Shown: piece after piece, positions 28,290-38,493 of the stretch
Position numbering within the stretch: position 1 is the first letter of the stretch
Layout: the number at the start of each line of letters is the position of its first letter
NCBI GenBank assembly: GCA_000438295.1
Contig: FR901073.1
Span: forward strand, 26,576 to 77,132
Source: Clostridium sp. CAG:451
GTDB taxonomy: Bacteria; Bacillota_I; Bacilli_A; RF39; UBA660
Reading direction: 5' to 3'
DNA: 50,557 nt
Position numbers and translations under genes: made by a program
Notes under the pieces: generated by a model
Databases searched by the model: none
What the model was told of the DNA's origin: nothing
The model's input: only the letters and a program-made list of their open reading frames with translations

Positions 28290-30401
28290 ATGTATCAAGA
28301 ACAAAATCAAGAAAAAGAAAAAGTATTAGAAAAATATGGTCGTAATATAAATGAAGCAGTCCTTGCTGGTAAGATAGATCCAGTTATTGGTCGTGATGAG
28401 GAAATTAGAAGTATTACAAGGGTTTTGTCACGTAAAACAAAAAATAACCCCGTATTAATAGGTGAACCAGGTGTTGGTAAAACTGCTATTGTCGAAGGGC
28501 TTGCTCTAAGAATAGTAAAGGGAGATGTTCCTGCAAGCTTAAAAAATAAAACTATTTGGGAACTAGATATGGCTTCCTTAGTAGCTGGTGCTAAGTACCG
28601 TGGGGAATTTGAAGAGAGATTAAAAAACGTCTTAAATGAAGTTAAGAAAAGTGAAGGCTCTATTATCATGTTTATTGATGAGATTCATACTATAGTTGGT
28701 ACTGGTAATATGGAAGGAGCAATGGATACATCTAACATTCTAAAGCCAATGCTAGCTCGTGGAGAAATTCATGTGATTGGTGCAACAACTTTAAACGAAT
28801 ATCGTAAATATATTGAAAAAGATGGTGCACTGGAAAGACGTTTTCAAAAGATTAAAGTAAGTGAACCAACCGTCATGGATACTATTACTATCTTAAGAGG
28901 ACTTAAAGAAAGATTTGAAATTCATCATGGAGTTACTATTCAAGATAAAGCACTTGTTGCTGCTGCAACCTTATCAGATAGATATATAACAGATAGATTT
29001 TTACCTGATAAAGCTATTGACTTAATAGATGAAGCTTGTGCAACAATTAGAGTTCAGATGGATTCAGTTCCTAATGCACTTGACTCTTTAACTAGAAAAA
29101 TAATGAGTCTAGAAATAGAACGTCAAGCGATAAAGAAAGAAAAAGACCAGCTATCAATGAATCGTAAAGATGAAATAGATAAAGAATTAGTAGATTTAAA
29201 GAAACAAGAGAAAGACTTTAAATCAGCTTGGGAAGAAGAAAAAGGTCTTTATACCAAGATACAAAATAAAAAGAAAGAGATAGAAAAAGCAAGATTTGAT
29301 TTAGAGCAAGCAGAAAATAAATATGATTTGGAAACTGCTGCTAGATTAAGACATGGAACATTACCTCGTCTTGAAAAAGAACTAGAAGAGTTAAAAAGTA
29401 AAGATACTAAAAAATTACTAAGTGACCATGTAGATGAAGAAGATATAGCATCTATCATTTCTAAATGGACTAATATACCACTAAGTAAATTAGTAAGTAG
29501 TGAAAAAGAAAAACTATTAAATCTAGAACAAGCAATGAAACATAGAGTAATGGGTCAAGATGAAGCCTTGCATTTAGTAAGTGAAGCTATTATTAAATCA
29601 AGAAGTGGTATTAAAGATCCTAATAGACCAATTGGTTCATTTATCTTCTTAGGACCTACTGGAGTTGGTAAGACTGAAGTAGCTAGAACTCTTGCTTATG
29701 AATTATTTGATGATGAAAAACACATGGTTCGTATTGATATGAGTGAATATATGGAGAAATTCAGTGTTTCAAGACTTATTGGTTCTCCTCCAGGATATGT
29801 TGGTTATGAAGAAGGAGGACAACTTACGGAAGCAGTAAGACGTAACCCTTATAGTATAGTATTATTCGATGAAATAGAAAAAGCTCATCCTGAAGTACTT
29901 AATTTACTACTACAAATCCTAGATGATGGTAGAATAACTGATTCTAATGGACGTACAGTAGATTTTAAAAATACTATTATTATAATGACCTCTAATCTTG
30001 GTAGTGAATACATCCTAGATGGTGATACTAGTAAAGTAGAAGGTGAATTAAGAAGCCATTTTAGACCAGAGTTTATTAACCGAATTGATGAAGTAATTAT
30101 CTTTAAACCATTAACTAAAGAGGTAATATATCAAATTCTTGATAAAATTATTCATGATATAGAAAAACGATTAAGTAATGATCAAATTAAATTATCTTTA
30201 ACAGATAAAGCTAAGGACTATTTAGTGGATGCAGGTTATGACATTAACTATGGAGCAAGACCTTTAAAACGAGAAGTTAGTAAAACAATTGAAAGTTTAT
30301 TAGCTCATGAGTTAATTAAAGGTACTATACCATTTAATGCTACTGTAACTTTTGATGTTGAGGATAATAACTTAGTTATTTCTAAAGTAGACGTAAAATA
30401 G
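28290..30401 (+). CDS. clpB: ClpB-type AAA+ disaggregase lacking the N-terminal domain
   Basis: NBD1 ([28 protein letters not shown]), a coiled-coil M-domain, and NBD2 (GPTGVGKTE). ATG at 28290 lies after GTGAGGGGA. The protein starts about 25 aa before [12 protein letters not shown]. Confidence 0.93.
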   Translation: MYQEQNQEKEKVLEKYGRNINEAVLAGKIDPVIGRDEEIRSITRVLSRKTKNNPVLIGEPGVGKTAIVEGLALRIVKGDVPASLKNKTIWELDMASLVAGAKYRGEFEERLKNVLNEVKKSEGSIIMFIDEIHTIVGTGNMEGAMDTSNILKPMLARGEIHVIGATTLNEYRKYIEKDGALERRFQKIKVSEPTVMDTITILRGLKERFEIHHGVTIQDKALVAAATLSDRYITDRFLPDKAIDLIDEACATIRVQMDSVPNALDSLTRKIMSLEIERQAIKKEKDQLSMNRKDEIDKELVDLKKQEKDFKSAWEEEKGLYTKIQNKKKEIEKARFDLEQAENKYDLETAARLRHGTLPRLEKELEELKSKDTKKLLSDHVDEEDIASIISKWTNIPLSKLVSSEKEKLLNLEQAMKHRVMGQDEALHLVSEAIIKSRSGIKDPNRPIGSFIFLGPTGVGKTEVARTLAYELFDDEKHMVRIDMSEYMEKFSVSRLIGSPPGYVGYEEGGQLTEAVRRNPYSIVLFDEIEKAHPEVLNLLLQILDDGRITDSNGRTVDFKNTIIIMTSNLGSEYILDGDTSKVEGELRSHFRPEFINRIDEVIIFKPLTKEVIYQILDKIIHDIEKRLSNDQIKLSLTDKAKDYLVDAGYDINYGARPLKREVSKTIESLLAHELIKGTIPFNATVTFDVEDNNLVISKVDVK

Positions 30402-30429
30402 AACTGATTATTAAACCAGTTCTTTTTTT
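30401..30429 (+). terminator. Intrinsic terminator after clpB
   Basis: GAACTG (30401-30406) pairs with CAGTTC (30417-30422), followed by T7. Confidence 0.7.
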
Positions 30430-30478
30430 CAACAATTTCTGTGGATAAAATATTTTATATTAATATTGGTGATATTAT

Positions 30479-30661
30479 ATGAAAGTAAAAATCTTTGACT
30501 TTGAAGATGAAGGTGATTTAGAAGAGGCAATAAACAATTTTTTGAAAGAATTAGAAGGGGATGTAGTGGAAATTAAGTATCAAGTTAGTTCTTTTCCTAG
30601 TGGTGAAGAACAAATCTATTGTTTCTCTGCTATGATTATTTATTTTTATAAACAGACTTAA
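30479..30661 (+). CDS. Cse60-like small sporulation protein
   Basis: 60 aa. The MKVKIFDFEDEGDLEEAINNFL...EQIYCFSAMIIY pattern resembles the Bacillus Cse60 family, from memory. Confidence 0.5.
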   Translation: MKVKIFDFEDEGDLEEAINNFLKELEGDVVEIKYQVSSFPSGEEQIYCFSAMIIYFYKQT

Positions 30662-31895
30662 CACCATAATAAAGAGGAAAATATTTCTTATATTTTTTAT
30701 AACTGTTTAGATCTATTGGGTAATCGAACTCACCAATGTGTTCAAATAATTTAGCTCCAAAGTTTTGTTTAAAGAAGAACCCACCATCATTTACATCTTT
30801 TACTTCATAAAAATTATAAGATCTATAGCCGTATTCAATAGCTTTTTTAAGCATCTTAAAGTGAATAGAATAAGATACATCTAAATCAATATATTCATCA
30901 TCCATTCCTCCGATTAGGGCAGTAATTTCTTTTCCATACATCAAGAATAAGTATCCCCCTAAGAAAATTTTATCATTATCTGTTTTTTCTTTTAAAGATA
31001 AATAGTACTTTCTTCTCTTATTTATAATATTAATCTGTTCTTTATAACCAAGTTCCTTCTCAATAAAAGTTTCCTCTGTTAATTGATTATTTTGATATAG
31101 ACCTATTCTTTTTTCTTTTTCTATTTGTAATACTTTTTCTTCTTTCTTAAGATTATTAAGAGTAGTATTTAAATCAAGTTCAGCAATCATTATTTTTAGA
31201 TGTTCCTTTGTAAAGGCACTGGCTAAGTCTTCATAAAAAGGAAGTTCATATTCAATAGTATTAAACTTACTACTAATCTTATCCATTGTTTTAATAAAGA
31301 TAGGTAGTTCATCTTGTTTTATTTCTCTTACAATGTAACCAAGTCTTTCATTTCTTTTAATAATTTGTCTAGCTTTTTTGGACATATTATTTAATATATC
31401 ATTAAGACTTTTGTCAGTTAAATCAAGTTTCATCGTATATTTAGGATTAATAGTGTTATTATCAGCTTCAATAAAACCTAGTTTTAATAAATAATCTTTT
31501 ATAAATAAATTATTTATACCTCCTTGTAATTCCCTACCATCCTCATCTTTCTCAGTGGTTAATATCTCAGGATCTATTTTTAGATAGATACCATTTTTTT
31601 CTTTAACAAAGTTAATAATTTCTTTAGTGAATATTTCTAATAAATCATAGTTTTTATAGTCGATTAAAAAACCTTGAGGAGCATAGAAGAATCTTTTCTT
31701 AATACTTTTATTTTCATTAGCTAAAAGTAAAGTGGCTCCTAACAATTTATTTTTATCTTCAAGACCTAAAAAATAAGGATGCCAATTCTCACCACTTTTA
31801 AAGTTAGCCCAATAAACACTTTGTTCAAAAGGACATATTTCTAGGTAATTAGTAAATTCATTAAATTCTGTTTTAGAAAGCTCTACAAGTTTCAT
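30636..31895 (-). CDS. FemAB-family peptidoglycan interpeptide-bridge aminoacyltransferase
   Basis: About 420 aa with two GNAT-like lobes split by a coiled-coil insertion (LNNLKKEEKVLQIEKEKR). ATG at 31895 lies after GGTGGGGTG. Confidence 0.78.
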   Translation of the reverse strand: MKLVELSKTEFNEFTNYLEICPFEQSVYWANFKSGENWHPYFLGLEDKNKLLGATLLLANENKSIKKRFFYAPQGFLIDYKNYDLLEIFTKEIINFVKEKNGIYLKIDPEILTTEKDEDGRELQGGINNLFIKDYLLKLGFIEADNNTINPKYTMKLDLTDKSLNDILNNMSKKARQIIKRNERLGYIVREIKQDELPIFIKTMDKISSKFNTIEYELPFYEDLASAFTKEHLKIMIAELDLNTTLNNLKKEEKVLQIEKEKRIGLYQNNQLTEETFIEKELGYKEQINIINKRRKYYLSLKEKTDNDKIFLGGYLFLMYGKEITALIGGMDDEYIDLDVSYSIHFKMLKKAIEYGYRSYNFYEVKDVNDGGFFFKQNFGAKLFEHIGEFDYPIDLNSYKKYKKYFPLYYGVKSVYKNK

Positions 31896-31982
31896 TTTAT
31901 CACCCCACCTTAAACTAATTATACTTGATTCTTTCACTTAGTGCAAGATTATGATATGATTATATAGGAAAGTGGTGAATTT

Positions 31983-33635
31983 ATGCGAAAGAAAGAATTA
32001 AAACAAAATTCCTTTCTAAATGGAGCTTTTGTAGCAACCATGGGAATAGTTATTACTAAAGTATTAGGTATGCTATATGTAATTCCCTTTTATGCGATTA
32101 TTGGGGAACAAGGAGGAGCCCTATATGGATATGCCTATACCATCTACTTATTATTTCAGTCTTTATCTTGTGCTGGTATTCCTAATGCAATTTCTAAAAT
32201 AATTAGTGAATATCAAACCTTAGGTTATAGTAAAGCTAAAGAAAAAGCTTTTAAGATAGGTAGAAGACTAGCTGTCTTTATGGGAATATTTGTCTTTATT
32301 ATTTTATTCTTATTTGCTCCTATTATAGCAAAAGCAATTATTGGTGATTTAACAGGAGGAAATACTTTAAATGATGTAACTTACGTTATTAGAGTAATTG
32401 CTACAGCTATACTAGTAGTACCTATCTTAAGTATTTATAGAGGTTATTTAGAAGGACATAAGTTTATAACACCAACAGCTATTTCACAAGTGGTAGAACA
32501 AGTTGCTCGTATAGTAGTTATTATAGCTGGTTCTTATGCTGCATTAAATGTATTTCATTTGTCTTTAACAACTGCTGTAGGTGTAGCAACTTTTGGAGCA
32601 ACAGCTGGAGCCTTAATAGGTTATCTATATTTGCTTGATAAAGTGTTTAAACATAAGAAAGAGATAAACAATATAACTGAGGTAAAAGATGAGCCAGTTA
32701 TTTCTACTAAAGAAATCTTAGGAAAAATATTTTTCTATGCCTTACCATTCATTATGATAGATGTCTTTAAATCAGCTTACAACTTTGTTGATATGACTAC
32801 TCTTGTTAAGACACTAGTTCATTCAGCAGGCTATACTACGGTAGCAGCAGAAAACTCTATGAGTGTAATTTCTACTTGGGGAAATAAACTTAATATGATA
32901 ATTGTATCTATTTCTACTGGTATAATCATAAGTCTAATACCTAACCTTACTTCATCATCTGTTAAAGGTGATAAAAAGGATGTCCATCATAAGATTAATC
33001 AAACTTTACAAATATTATTATTCTTATCAGTACCTATGACTATAGGATTATCATTCTTATCACAACCAGTTTGGGATGTATTCTATGGAAATAAATCAGC
33101 AGTAGGAGCAGAGATTATGGCGTACTATATTTTTGTGGCTTTGATAATTTCTACTTATACAGCTTTAGTATCCATTGTTCAGGTCTTAAAATACTATAAA
33201 GAAGTATTTATTTCTTTATTTGCTGGTGTGTTAATCAAAGCTTTAACTAATGTTTATTTAATTAAAACATTCTATGGATTAGGACTTCAACCAGTATATG
33301 GTTCTATAACTGCTACTATTTTAGGTTATTTAGTAGGGATAATCTTGTGTCTTCACTACTTAAAAAAGAAATGTGGAGTTAGTTATAAACCGACTATTAG
33401 AATTATTGGAAAGATTGTTATCGCTGATATTTTTATGATACTTTCCTTATTCCTAGTTAAATTCGTAGTACCAATTTCCTCATCTGTAAGACTTTTAAAT
33501 ATTCCAATCATTTTAGTTTATACTATTATAGGGGCAGGAGTTTATTTACTAGTATCTTATAAATCAGGCGTTATTGAAGAAGTATTGGGTAGTAAAATGT
33601 TAGCTAAAATTAAAAGAAAGGTGGCTAAAAAATAA
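31983..33635 (+). CDS. MOP-superfamily flippase (MurJ/SpoVB/polysaccharide biosynthesis protein type)
   Basis: 550 aa with about 14 TM helices. N-terminus FLNGAFVATMGIVITKVLGMLYVIPF is typical of this family. Confidence 0.78.
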   Translation: MRKKELKQNSFLNGAFVATMGIVITKVLGMLYVIPFYAIIGEQGGALYGYAYTIYLLFQSLSCAGIPNAISKIISEYQTLGYSKAKEKAFKIGRRLAVFMGIFVFIILFLFAPIIAKAIIGDLTGGNTLNDVTYVIRVIATAILVVPILSIYRGYLEGHKFITPTAISQVVEQVARIVVIIAGSYAALNVFHLSLTTAVGVATFGATAGALIGYLYLLDKVFKHKKEINNITEVKDEPVISTKEILGKIFFYALPFIMIDVFKSAYNFVDMTTLVKTLVHSAGYTTVAAENSMSVISTWGNKLNMIIVSISTGIIISLIPNLTSSSVKGDKKDVHHKINQTLQILLFLSVPMTIGLSFLSQPVWDVFYGNKSAVGAEIMAYYIFVALIISTYTALVSIVQVLKYYKEVFISLFAGVLIKALTNVYLIKTFYGLGLQPVYGSITATILGYLVGIILCLHYLKKKCGVSYKPTIRIIGKIVIADIFMILSLFLVKFVVPISSSVRLLNIPIILVYTIIGAGVYLLVSYKSGVIEEVLGSKMLAKIKRKVAKK

Positions 33636-34843
33636 TGTTAGAAGAATTAACTGAAAAAGAATTTCAAAACTTTTCAAAAAAACACCCATTAAGAAATTTT
33701 ATGGAAACAGTAGAAATAGGTAATCTTAGAAAGAAAAACGGTTGGACTGTTAAATATCTTGGCCTTAAAGAAAATAAGAAAATAATAGGAGCAACAATGC
33801 TTCTTTCTAGAAAAAGACATTTTAATATGAATGAGTTTTATGCTTTAAGAGGACCGCTACTTGATTATAGTAATGATAATGAGGTAGAAACATTTTTGAA
33901 AGAGTTGAAAGACTATGTTAAAAAGAATAATGGTTACTGTCTAAGAATTGATCCATACCTTCCTATTAGAAGATATGATAATGATAAAGAACTAGAAGTT
34001 CCAAAGACAAATATATTAAAAATACTTGAATCATTAAAATTTAAGAAGAGTGAAACACAAGAACAAGTCTCTTCTATGTATGTTCTTGATTTAGAAGGTA
34101 AAAGTGAAGATGATATTTTAAAAGAGATGAAACCTAATGCTAGAAATATTATTCGTAAGACTATTAAAATAGGTATTGAAGTATCAGAATTAAAAAAAGA
34201 TGAATTAGAATCATTTTATGCAATAATGCTTGCAACAGGTAAGCGTAAAGGTTTTAGGGTAAGAAAAAGTGCTTACTATGAAAATATGTATGATTTATTT
34301 TCTAAGAATAAAGAAATTAAGTATTTAGTTACTAGACTAGATCTTAATAGGTATATCAGTTTACTAAATGAAGAGATAGATGAAAATATTAAAAAGAAAG
34401 AGGCTTTATCTGATTCTAGATGTAATGATGGTAAGAGAAAGAGTTATGATGAGACTATTAATTCATTAAGGAAAAAAGTAGATATTGCAAAGCAACAAAA
34501 AAAAGAAAAAGGTATATCAATTATTACTCTTGCTGGTGCTATGTTTATGATGACTGATCCAGAGATAGTTTATTTGTCTAGTGGTAATTATGAAAAATAC
34601 TTAATGTATAATTCTCAGTATTTAATTCAGTGGGAAATGATTAAATATGCTATAAAGCATGGCTATAAAAGATATAATTTCTACGGTACTCCTACAACTA
34701 ATAAGGATGATAAGAATTATGGTATTTATCAGTTTAAAGCTAGTTTTAATGGATATATGGAAGAATTATTAGGTGAATATGAAGTTGGTACCTCTTTGGT
34801 TTATTATCTTGTAAAATTACTTCATAAAATAAAAAAGTCATAG
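33635..34843 (+). CDS. FemAB-family peptidoglycan bridge-formation protein (second paralog)
   Basis: Same architecture as 30636..31895. Start overlaps the flippase stop (TAATG). Confidence 0.78.
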   Translation: MLEELTEKEFQNFSKKHPLRNFMETVEIGNLRKKNGWTVKYLGLKENKKIIGATMLLSRKRHFNMNEFYALRGPLLDYSNDNEVETFLKELKDYVKKNNGYCLRIDPYLPIRRYDNDKELEVPKTNILKILESLKFKKSETQEQVSSMYVLDLEGKSEDDILKEMKPNARNIIRKTIKIGIEVSELKKDELESFYAIMLATGKRKGFRVRKSAYYENMYDLFSKNKEIKYLVTRLDLNRYISLLNEEIDENIKKKEALSDSRCNDGKRKSYDETINSLRKKVDIAKQQKKEKGISIITLAGAMFMMTDPEIVYLSSGNYEKYLMYNSQYLIQWEMIKYAIKHGYKRYNFYGTPTTNKDDKNYGIYQFKASFNGYMEELLGEYEVGTSLVYYLVKLLHKIKKS

Positions 34844-34849
34844 ATTGTT

Positions 34850-35599
34850 CTATGGCTTTTGTGTTGTATCAGTTTTAGTTGTTGTACCCTGACTAGGGGT
34901 AGGAGTAACTGTTTCTGTAGTAGTTGTTTTATCCTCTTCTATCTTAGTATTATTATCACCTGTTGATAAAATATTATTTTCTTGATCCTCTGTTACTGTA
35001 ATATTAGCTGTATAAATGCTATTATTATAAGTTACTGTATATTGATAAGTTCCAGGTTTATTAATATCAACTCCTGAAAAATTAAACTTTAACAACGCTT
35101 TAACTTCATCTGGTAAAGGACTAGGTTCAGTAACATAATCAGCTGGATTATTTGATAGAGTAGTACCTTTCTTGATAGTAAATGACTTAATTGATATAGT
35201 ATCAACTTGATTAGTAGGAGCTACCTTTTCAATTACTTTTATAGTACCTTCAAACTCTTTCTTTTTGTAATAAACTTTATATTTATAAGTACCAACTTCT
35301 TTAACATTAACACTACTAGTGTCAAGTTTCAAATTAGCTAACACTTCATCACTAACCGTTTCCTCTAAATAATCGGCTATTTTTATACTAAGTGGTGTAT
35401 TAGTTTCAATCTCAAAGTTTTTAAGCTTTATATTAAAATCAGCTTTTTGATTATCTTGCATTTTCTGTGATACCACTAGCGCAATAGTCTGATTATTATT
35501 CTCTTGATCTAGTTTGGAATAAAGGCATCCACATGAGATACATAGTATTCCTAATAGGGTAAAAGAAGAAACGACTATTAAACGGACTTTCTTATCCAT
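34850..35599 (-). CDS. Membrane-anchored surface protein with two Ig-like repeats and a Thr-rich tail
   Basis: N-terminal TM segment and an internal duplication (GTYKYKVYYKKKEFEGTIKVIE / GTYQYTVTYNNSIYTANITVTE). RBS AAGGTGGG. Confidence 0.5.
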   Translation of the reverse strand: MDKKVRLIVVSSFTLLGILCISCGCLYSKLDQENNNQTIALVVSQKMQDNQKADFNIKLKNFEIETNTPLSIKIADYLEETVSDEVLANLKLDTSSVNVKEVGTYKYKVYYKKKEFEGTIKVIEKVAPTNQVDTISIKSFTIKKGTTLSNNPADYVTEPSPLPDEVKALLKFNFSGVDINKPGTYQYTVTYNNSIYTANITVTEDQENNILSTGDNNTKIEEDKTTTTETVTPTPSQGTTTKTDTTQKP

Positions 35600-35683
35600 T
35601 TATAATCCCACCTTTTCTATCTTATTTACATTATATGATAGATTTTTTTCTGTGGCAAGCAAAAAATCTAATTCTTTTTGGAA

Positions 35684-36619
35684 TTAGACATTGTCACCTT
35701 GATAGATATTATCTTTTACCATTTTTTTATCTATCTCGTTTAAAACTTCAAATTTCTTTAAAAGCCAAGTCGGTTCTATTAAATCTTCTTTTTTAGGATC
35801 TCCTGTTATTCTATGAATTACTATCTCTTTTCTTAAATAAGTTAATTGTTTGACAGTAATATTTACATATTCATCTTTAGTTAGTACTTTAAACGGATGA
35901 TTTTTATACATAATCTCTAGTGGAGTATCTTTTAGAATATGAAGCATATGTATTTTTATCCCTTGAATATCAAGCTTATTTAAATATTTAACTGTATTTA
36001 GCATATCATTATCTGTTTCATAGGGTAATCCATTTATGATGTGTACAACTACATTGATATTTCTAGCTTTTAATTTATTTACCATAGTTTCAAACTCTTC
36101 AACTGTCTCACCTCTATTGATTAGTTTTAGAGTCTCCTTCTTACTAGATTGTAGTCCAAGCTCTACCTGTAAATAGCATCTTTTACTAATTGATTCTAAG
36201 TAATCAAGACATGAATCACTGATAGAATCACTTCTGGTAGCAATAGCAAGTCCTACACAATCTTTATTGTTTATAAATGGTTCAAAATATCTCTTTAAAG
36301 TATCAACATCAGCATAAGTATTAGTTCTAGCTTGAAAATAAGCGATAAATTTTGCATTAGGCCACTTATTTTGCATCATCTTTTTACCTTTGATAAATTG
36401 CATCATTAAACTGTCATTTACATCACCAGCAAAGTCACCACTACCAGACTTAGAACAAAAAATACAACCACCATAACTCTTTGTACCATCAATATTAGGA
36501 CAAGAAAAGTTAGCATTTAAACTAACTTTAGCAATCTTACAACCAAACTTATGTTGATAAAAATAAGTTAAAGTATGGTATCTTTTATTATCAATAGTAT
36601 AAGGAAAATTATTCACCAT
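35684..36619 (-). CDS. TIGR01212-family radical SAM protein
   Basis: CPNIDGTKSYGGCIFC cluster motif. ATG at 36619 lies 6 nt after AGGTG; the track GTG at 36628 is part of the RBS. Confidence 0.8.
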   Translation of the reverse strand: MVNNFPYTIDNKRYHTLTYFYQHKFGCKIAKVSLNANFSCPNIDGTKSYGGCIFCSKSGSGDFAGDVNDSLMMQFIKGKKMMQNKWPNAKFIAYFQARTNTYADVDTLKRYFEPFINNKDCVGLAIATRSDSISDSCLDYLESISKRCYLQVELGLQSSKKETLKLINRGETVEEFETMVNKLKARNINVVVHIINGLPYETDNDMLNTVKYLNKLDIQGIKIHMLHILKDTPLEIMYKNHPFKVLTKDEYVNITVKQLTYLRKEIVIHRITGDPKKEDLIEPTWLLKKFEVLNEIDKKMVKDNIYQGDNV

Positions 36620-37766
36620 AATTAACACCTATATAAGATAGTAGTAAAGCTTGTTTATAATTTTTAGAAAAGAAAATACTAAGAGCTTTATTTTCTCTCT
36701 TTTTACTAGTTATATTTCTTAAGAAGAATAATGTTATTAGTTTAGAATTAACAGACTTAGATATTTTTTTACTCTTAATTTGCTTTTCAATTTCTTTAGT
36801 TATCTTTTCACAAGAATTAGCTTTATCTTTTATTATTCTAAAGTAATCATCTAAGTAATAAATTAAGTCTTCTTGTAATTTAAATTCTTTACCTATATCT
36901 TCAATTAATTTTAATAATTGCTTTTTTGTTATACTAGTACCTAATAGCTTAGAAAGATTATCCTTATTTTTTTCATAGAACTTAGAAATTTCATCTTTTC
37001 TAAAGGTAAAGTAATCACCATCTAATCTCTTAAAAGCTTTCATTGTATCATTATAACCAAAATTCATATTTATCTTGGCTTGTTCACTATTAAAGTCTAA
37101 AAAGAAAGATATTTTATTCTTTGGTTTAATATAAGTTGTTTTTATATTTCCTTTTGGTAGTTTCTTTAGTCCTGGTGCTCTAAGATCAACAATTATAGCT
37201 TCAGTAGCACCTAACTTTATAGCAAGATTAATTGGTAAATTATCATAAAAACCACCATCTATATACTTATCACCATCTATATCTTTCATTTGAAAAGCTG
37301 GATAACAAGTGGCAGAAGCCATTAAGTAATCAATTAATTTATCTTCACTTATATCCTTTTTAGAAATAACAAGTGGTTTTTTAGTGGAAAAATTAAAAGT
37401 AACCAGTCCATAATCAATATCAGATTTATAAAACCTTTTCATATTAATACCTTTTCTAATAATACTTTCTATTTTTTTTATATCCATACCACCGTTTTTA
37501 AGAAAGTTATCACCATAAAGCCTTAAGATGTCTTTTTTAGTATCACTTTTTGGCTGTTGTTCAAATAAGTATTCAAGACTTAACTTATGCCAAATATATA
37601 AAGCTTTTAAGTATGTTTTTTGAGTCATTAAAGCTCCATTTAGAGCCCCAATAGATGTACCAGTTACGATATCATATTTAATATGTAATCTTCTAAGAGC
37701 TTTCCAAACTCCTATTTCATAACTACCTTTACTACCTCCACCAGATAGTACTACAGCTCTTTTCAT
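36609..37766 (-). CDS. Patatin-like phospholipase
   Basis: GGGSKGSYEIGV oxyanion motif, GTSIGALNG with the catalytic Ser, and DGGFYDNLP with the catalytic Asp. Confidence 0.85.
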   Translation of the reverse strand: MKRAVVLSGGGSKGSYEIGVWKALRRLHIKYDIVTGTSIGALNGALMTQKTYLKALYIWHKLSLEYLFEQQPKSDTKKDILRLYGDNFLKNGGMDIKKIESIIRKGINMKRFYKSDIDYGLVTFNFSTKKPLVISKKDISEDKLIDYLMASATCYPAFQMKDIDGDKYIDGGFYDNLPINLAIKLGATEAIIVDLRAPGLKKLPKGNIKTTYIKPKNKISFFLDFNSEQAKINMNFGYNDTMKAFKRLDGDYFTFRKDEISKFYEKNKDNLSKLLGTSITKKQLLKLIEDIGKEFKLQEDLIYYLDDYFRIIKDKANSCEKITKEIEKQIKSKKISKSVNSKLITLFFLRNITSKKRENKALSIFFSKNYKQALLLSYIGVNYGE

Positions 37767-37979
37767 AGATCTCTCCCTTTCAAATTTGACTATAGTATAA
37801 CATATTTCTTTTATTAAATCTAATATATGTTATTTATATAGTTTCTAAAATATATATTTAAAAGTAGATGCAGATAAAGATAATAATGTTTTTTATGCAC
37901 TAATTATATATAAAATGAGATTGACTCTATAATCTTTAGGTGTTAAACTTTAATTAAAGATTGGAAGGAGGAGAAAATT

Positions 37980-38474
37980 ATAAAAAAACATAATAGTATA
38001 CTTTTAATTAGCTCATTAGTTTTATTGATTATTTTATTAACTGGATGTAATAGTAATTCTAAAACTGTCGATGAACTATTTAAGGTTTTACAGAAACAAA
38101 ATATAATAGAAAAAGATCTTAAATTAATTGATACTGTTTATAAGGTATTTGGTGGACCAGTTCCTGGTGGTGATACAAAAAGTTATATTTATGAGGATAA
38201 TAATTCTAATCTTATAGCTATTCATTATGAAACAACTCATGATGAAGATAATCCATACTATGTTATAATCTATCGAAATGTTACTGCAAAAACTGTAGAA
38301 TTTGTTGATATTAGTGATACCACAGATTTATTTTACAAATATAGTGATGGTAAAGTATCAAAAAAAGACAAATATGGCCTTGATGAAGTTCCAGGAGAAA
38401 AATACAATATAACTTATACTAAAGGTATTTTTGGTAAAAAGTATAAAGTGATACGTGATAAAGGAAATTATTAG
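37980..38474 (+). CDS. Lipoprotein, probably initiated at a non-canonical ATA/ATT codon
   Basis: GGAGGAG (37967-37973), then in-frame ATT (37977) and ATA (37980), giving (M)KKHNSILLISSLVLLIILLTGC with a lipobox. The first canonical start (TTG 38025) would remove the signal peptide. Confidence 0.45.
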   Translation: MKKHNSILLISSLVLLIILLTGCNSNSKTVDELFKVLQKQNIIEKDLKLIDTVYKVFGGPVPGGDTKSYIYEDNNSNLIAIHYETTHDEDNPYYVIIYRNVTAKTVEFVDISDTTDLFYKYSDGKVSKKDKYGLDEVPGEKYNITYTKGIFGKKYKVIRDKGNY

Positions 38475-38493
38475 AGGAAAAAGGAGTGTTAAT

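Noticed and set aside
28307-28669. Antisense ORFs inside conserved genes: 28307-28669 and 29249-29458 in clpB, 3484-3696 in uvrB, 5855-6142 across rnr/capA, 9634-9822 and 9962-10159, 16143-16325, 23736-23918 and 23951-24187, 42666-42848
   Set aside because: They lie opposite well-supported coding frames, have low-complexity or hydrophobic AT-driven composition and no RBS. They are typical shadow ORFs.
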